Source of the DNA: Balanoglossus misakiensis
Taxonomy: Eukaryota > Animalia > Hemichordata
Length of the DNA: 64,000 nucleotides
Direction of reading: 5' to 3'
NCBI GenBank assembly: GCA_040954595.2
Contig: CM082591.2
Coordinates: forward strand, 7,430,047-7,494,046
The position numbers and the translations under genes are program-made. The notes beneath the pieces are model-generated. The model did no database searches. It was not told the DNA's origin and was given only the letters and a program-made list of their open reading frames with translations. The stretch's first letter is position 1, and the number at the start of each line of letters is the position of its first letter. Positions 61,504-64,000 of this stretch are shown here, one piece after another.

Positions 61504-63316
61504 GGCTAGTTATACTTTGCGAAACAACGAAACAGCGAAACAACGAAACCACAAAATTTACCTGTATAATTAAATATAACGATTACAAATAGGTGTAATG
61601 TTTCCAAAATTACTCCCGCACAAAATACGACGTACTACATTGTATGGCAAGTGCGAGATCGTGACTGCCTATTACCCGCCATATTTGTTTTCGAAGTTTA
61701 TGTCGATTTTAGATTCAGATTAAGCCACGGATTCCGATTCACTAGTAACGCGTTTCCTTTTCTTATTTCCTTGCAAATATAAAAGTATATCGTAGCACAC
61801 GACAAACTAAAAAACAATAAATACATAGATAATAATGTTCCTTCACTTGCGGTGATCTTTCACCGCCAGGCATTTGTATTCAACCTGTCCTCCATTATAT
61901 CAGTGGGAAGGGCAACATTATGATTTTTTGTGCAGGGGTTATTTCTCATTGTGGTAATATTGATCATGCACATATGATGTGGCTATTATAACAGAACTTT
62001 CTTCTGAAGATTGTTTTCCTTGCCTAGATTATTTTTTATCAAAAGTGATTTGATTTTATCCATGTTTACATAATTTATGTATGTATGTATTTATTGTTTT
62101 TTCTTATTTTGGAATAAACTCTTTGAAATTTAACTGCTTGTTTGTGAATTTTTGGCAAGAAATATATACGCATTTGACATACAGCAAATCTATAGTAATA
62201 ATCCTAATGGAAGGAAAATAAGCGCAGTGTGTGAGGACACAAAGTTTGTCAAAAAGTCATAAATTTGAGTGACTGCCAAATCCAAAATGTTTTCCATGGG
62301 CTTTATTCTGATGGACAGATAAGCAGGACAAAATCGATCTTGCCACTCTGAATGTTGAGCTAACTAAAGTACAGACCTGGTGTAAGTCAAATAAACTTAC
62401 AATTAATATTGACAAAACAAACTATGTTATTTTCAAAACAGCCCAGGCGAAGTTTAAGCCTGAGGGAGATTTATATGTCTCTGATTTACCATTACATAAT
62501 GTTTCTTCTGCTGTTTATTTTGGAGTTACTCTTGACTCATCATTATCCTGGAAATCTCACATCAACATTATTTTTAAGAAGGTTAGCCAAAAAATCGGTA
62601 TTATTTCATATGTACGCCATTATCTCCCTAAGTCTATAATTTTATTATTATACAATTGTCTTATCCTTCCCCATATAATGTATTGTATCGAAATATGGGG
62701 AAATGCGTTTAAAACCTATTTAGATTGTATTTTCAAATTGCAAAAGAGACTTGTAAGACTTATAACATTTTCTAGCCCCAATACACATAGCGCACCACTT
62801 TTTCAGCAACTTGGAATTCTTAATGTTTACAAACTCTGTAAATTTCAAACTTGTGTTTTTGCGTATGATCTAAAGGCAGGGCATTACGCCCACTCACTAG
62901 ATCGCTATGCTTCATTTGTATCACACAATTATTTTACAAGATTTGCCTCTACTTATAAGTTTACGCTTCCCAAAGTAAAACTTACTTCATCTCAAAATAA
63001 TTTATACTATTCTATTGCCAAGCATTGGAATGAAATTCCTACACAAATAAAATCAATTCAATCAAGGAATTTATTTAAAAGCTCTCTGAAAATGTATCTG
63101 TTGAGCATAGATTAATTTAACCTCTTTTATAAACCTGTTTACTTTGTCACCGCGTTGTTTGACTACCAACTATTGTTTTGTGATATGAATTGGCAATTAT
63201 ATTAATTGTTTCAATGATTTGTATGTATTTAGGGCCAGGGACACGACTAGTTCCACTAGAACTACTTCCCTGGTCCGCACCAGTTATGTAAAATGCATCT
63301 TTCTGGTGAAATAAAA

Positions 63317-63348
<32 letters not shown>

Positions 63349-63728
63349 GAAATTCTTATTTAAGTATTGAACTGATTTCCAAATTTGCAATTTATTTTGT
63401 CGTATGCTACAAAATACGTTGATATCTGTAATACAATGCAAGCAAAAAGAAAAGAAATGCGTTACTAGTGAATTGGAATCCGTGGCTTAATCTGAATCTG
63501 AAATCGACATAAACTTCGAAAACAAATATGGCGGGTAATAGGCAGTCACGATCTCGCACTTGCCATACAATGTAGTACGTTGTATTTTCTGCGGGAGTAA
63601 TTTTGGCAACATTACACCTATTTGTAATCGTTATATTTAATTATACAGGTGAATTTTGGGATTATACTTGAGGTCAAAAAGAATTTTGTGGTTTCGTTGT
63701 TTCGTTGTTTCGCAAAGTATAACTAGCC
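61504..63728. mobile_element. Long-TIR foldback element (~260-bp TIRs, GGC...GCC ends) containing a LINE fragment
   Basis: GGCTAGTTATACTTTGCGAAACAACGAAAC... (61504-61760) is the reverse complement of ~63450-63728; (AA)CAAT on both flanks. Confidence 0.8.
62339..63348 (+). mobile_element. 5'-truncated CR1/L2-group LINE (RT C-terminal pseudogene plus (CTAT)n tail)
   Basis: LNVELTKVQTWCKSNKLTINIDKTNYVIF and YCIEIWGN...LQKRLVRLITFS...HSAPLFQQLGIL motifs; frameshifted; AATAAAA followed by (CTAT)n at 63310-63348. Confidence 0.85.
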
Positions 63729-64000
63729 AACAATGTCTTGTTCTCACTGAAAAGCACTTTATTCTTTTAGTTACTAGGTGTAATAACAACAAATCCGAAA
63801 TAATGATTATGGCAATAAGTACATTTTGTAAAACTGTGTATTTGTATGGTCACTCATGACGTCATATATTGCAGTATTTGGTTAATATTTAAAGCCGCAA
63901 TTTTTAATCCCTGGTTCTGGAATTAGTAGGTGCTCCTTCTAGTCATACATTAGGCTACTTGCGACGTACACACACGAATCACAACAGTTTACCACCTTAG

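Overview
Eukaryotic, AT-rich and intron-rich DNA, probably from a marine invertebrate (inference). The window is a tandem array with a ~27-28 kb unit: two complete copies of one large multi-exon + strand gene (copy 1 ~5993-25974, copy 2 34267-52021), plus the spacer of a probable third unit from ~53.8 kb. Splicing the exons by hand at GT-AG sites gives an open frame of about 2028 aa (copy 1, counted from an ATA that replaces the ATG) and 1818 aa (copy 2). The inferred architecture is three tandem ~140-aa partial glycosyltransferase N-lobe repeats, a GT-B (GT4-like) domain with degenerate catalytic motifs, a TRADD-N-like domain, a coiled coil, a linker built from near-identical 63-nt phase-1/1 microexons (14 in copy 1, 4 in copy 2), and a C-terminal NHL beta-propeller whose differences between copies cluster in predicted ligand-face loops. 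It looks like a rapidly diversifying intracellular immune/conflict receptor family. Intron 5 of both copies carries the same dead BEL/Pao LTR retrotransposon (GTGTG target duplication). Many copy-specific insertions (foldback MITE, piggyBac remnant, Crypton-like element, LINE 3' ends, hAT remnant and others) can be delimited by comparing filled and empty sites. Domain and family names come from motif recognition by eye, not from database searches; identity percentages are visual estimates.
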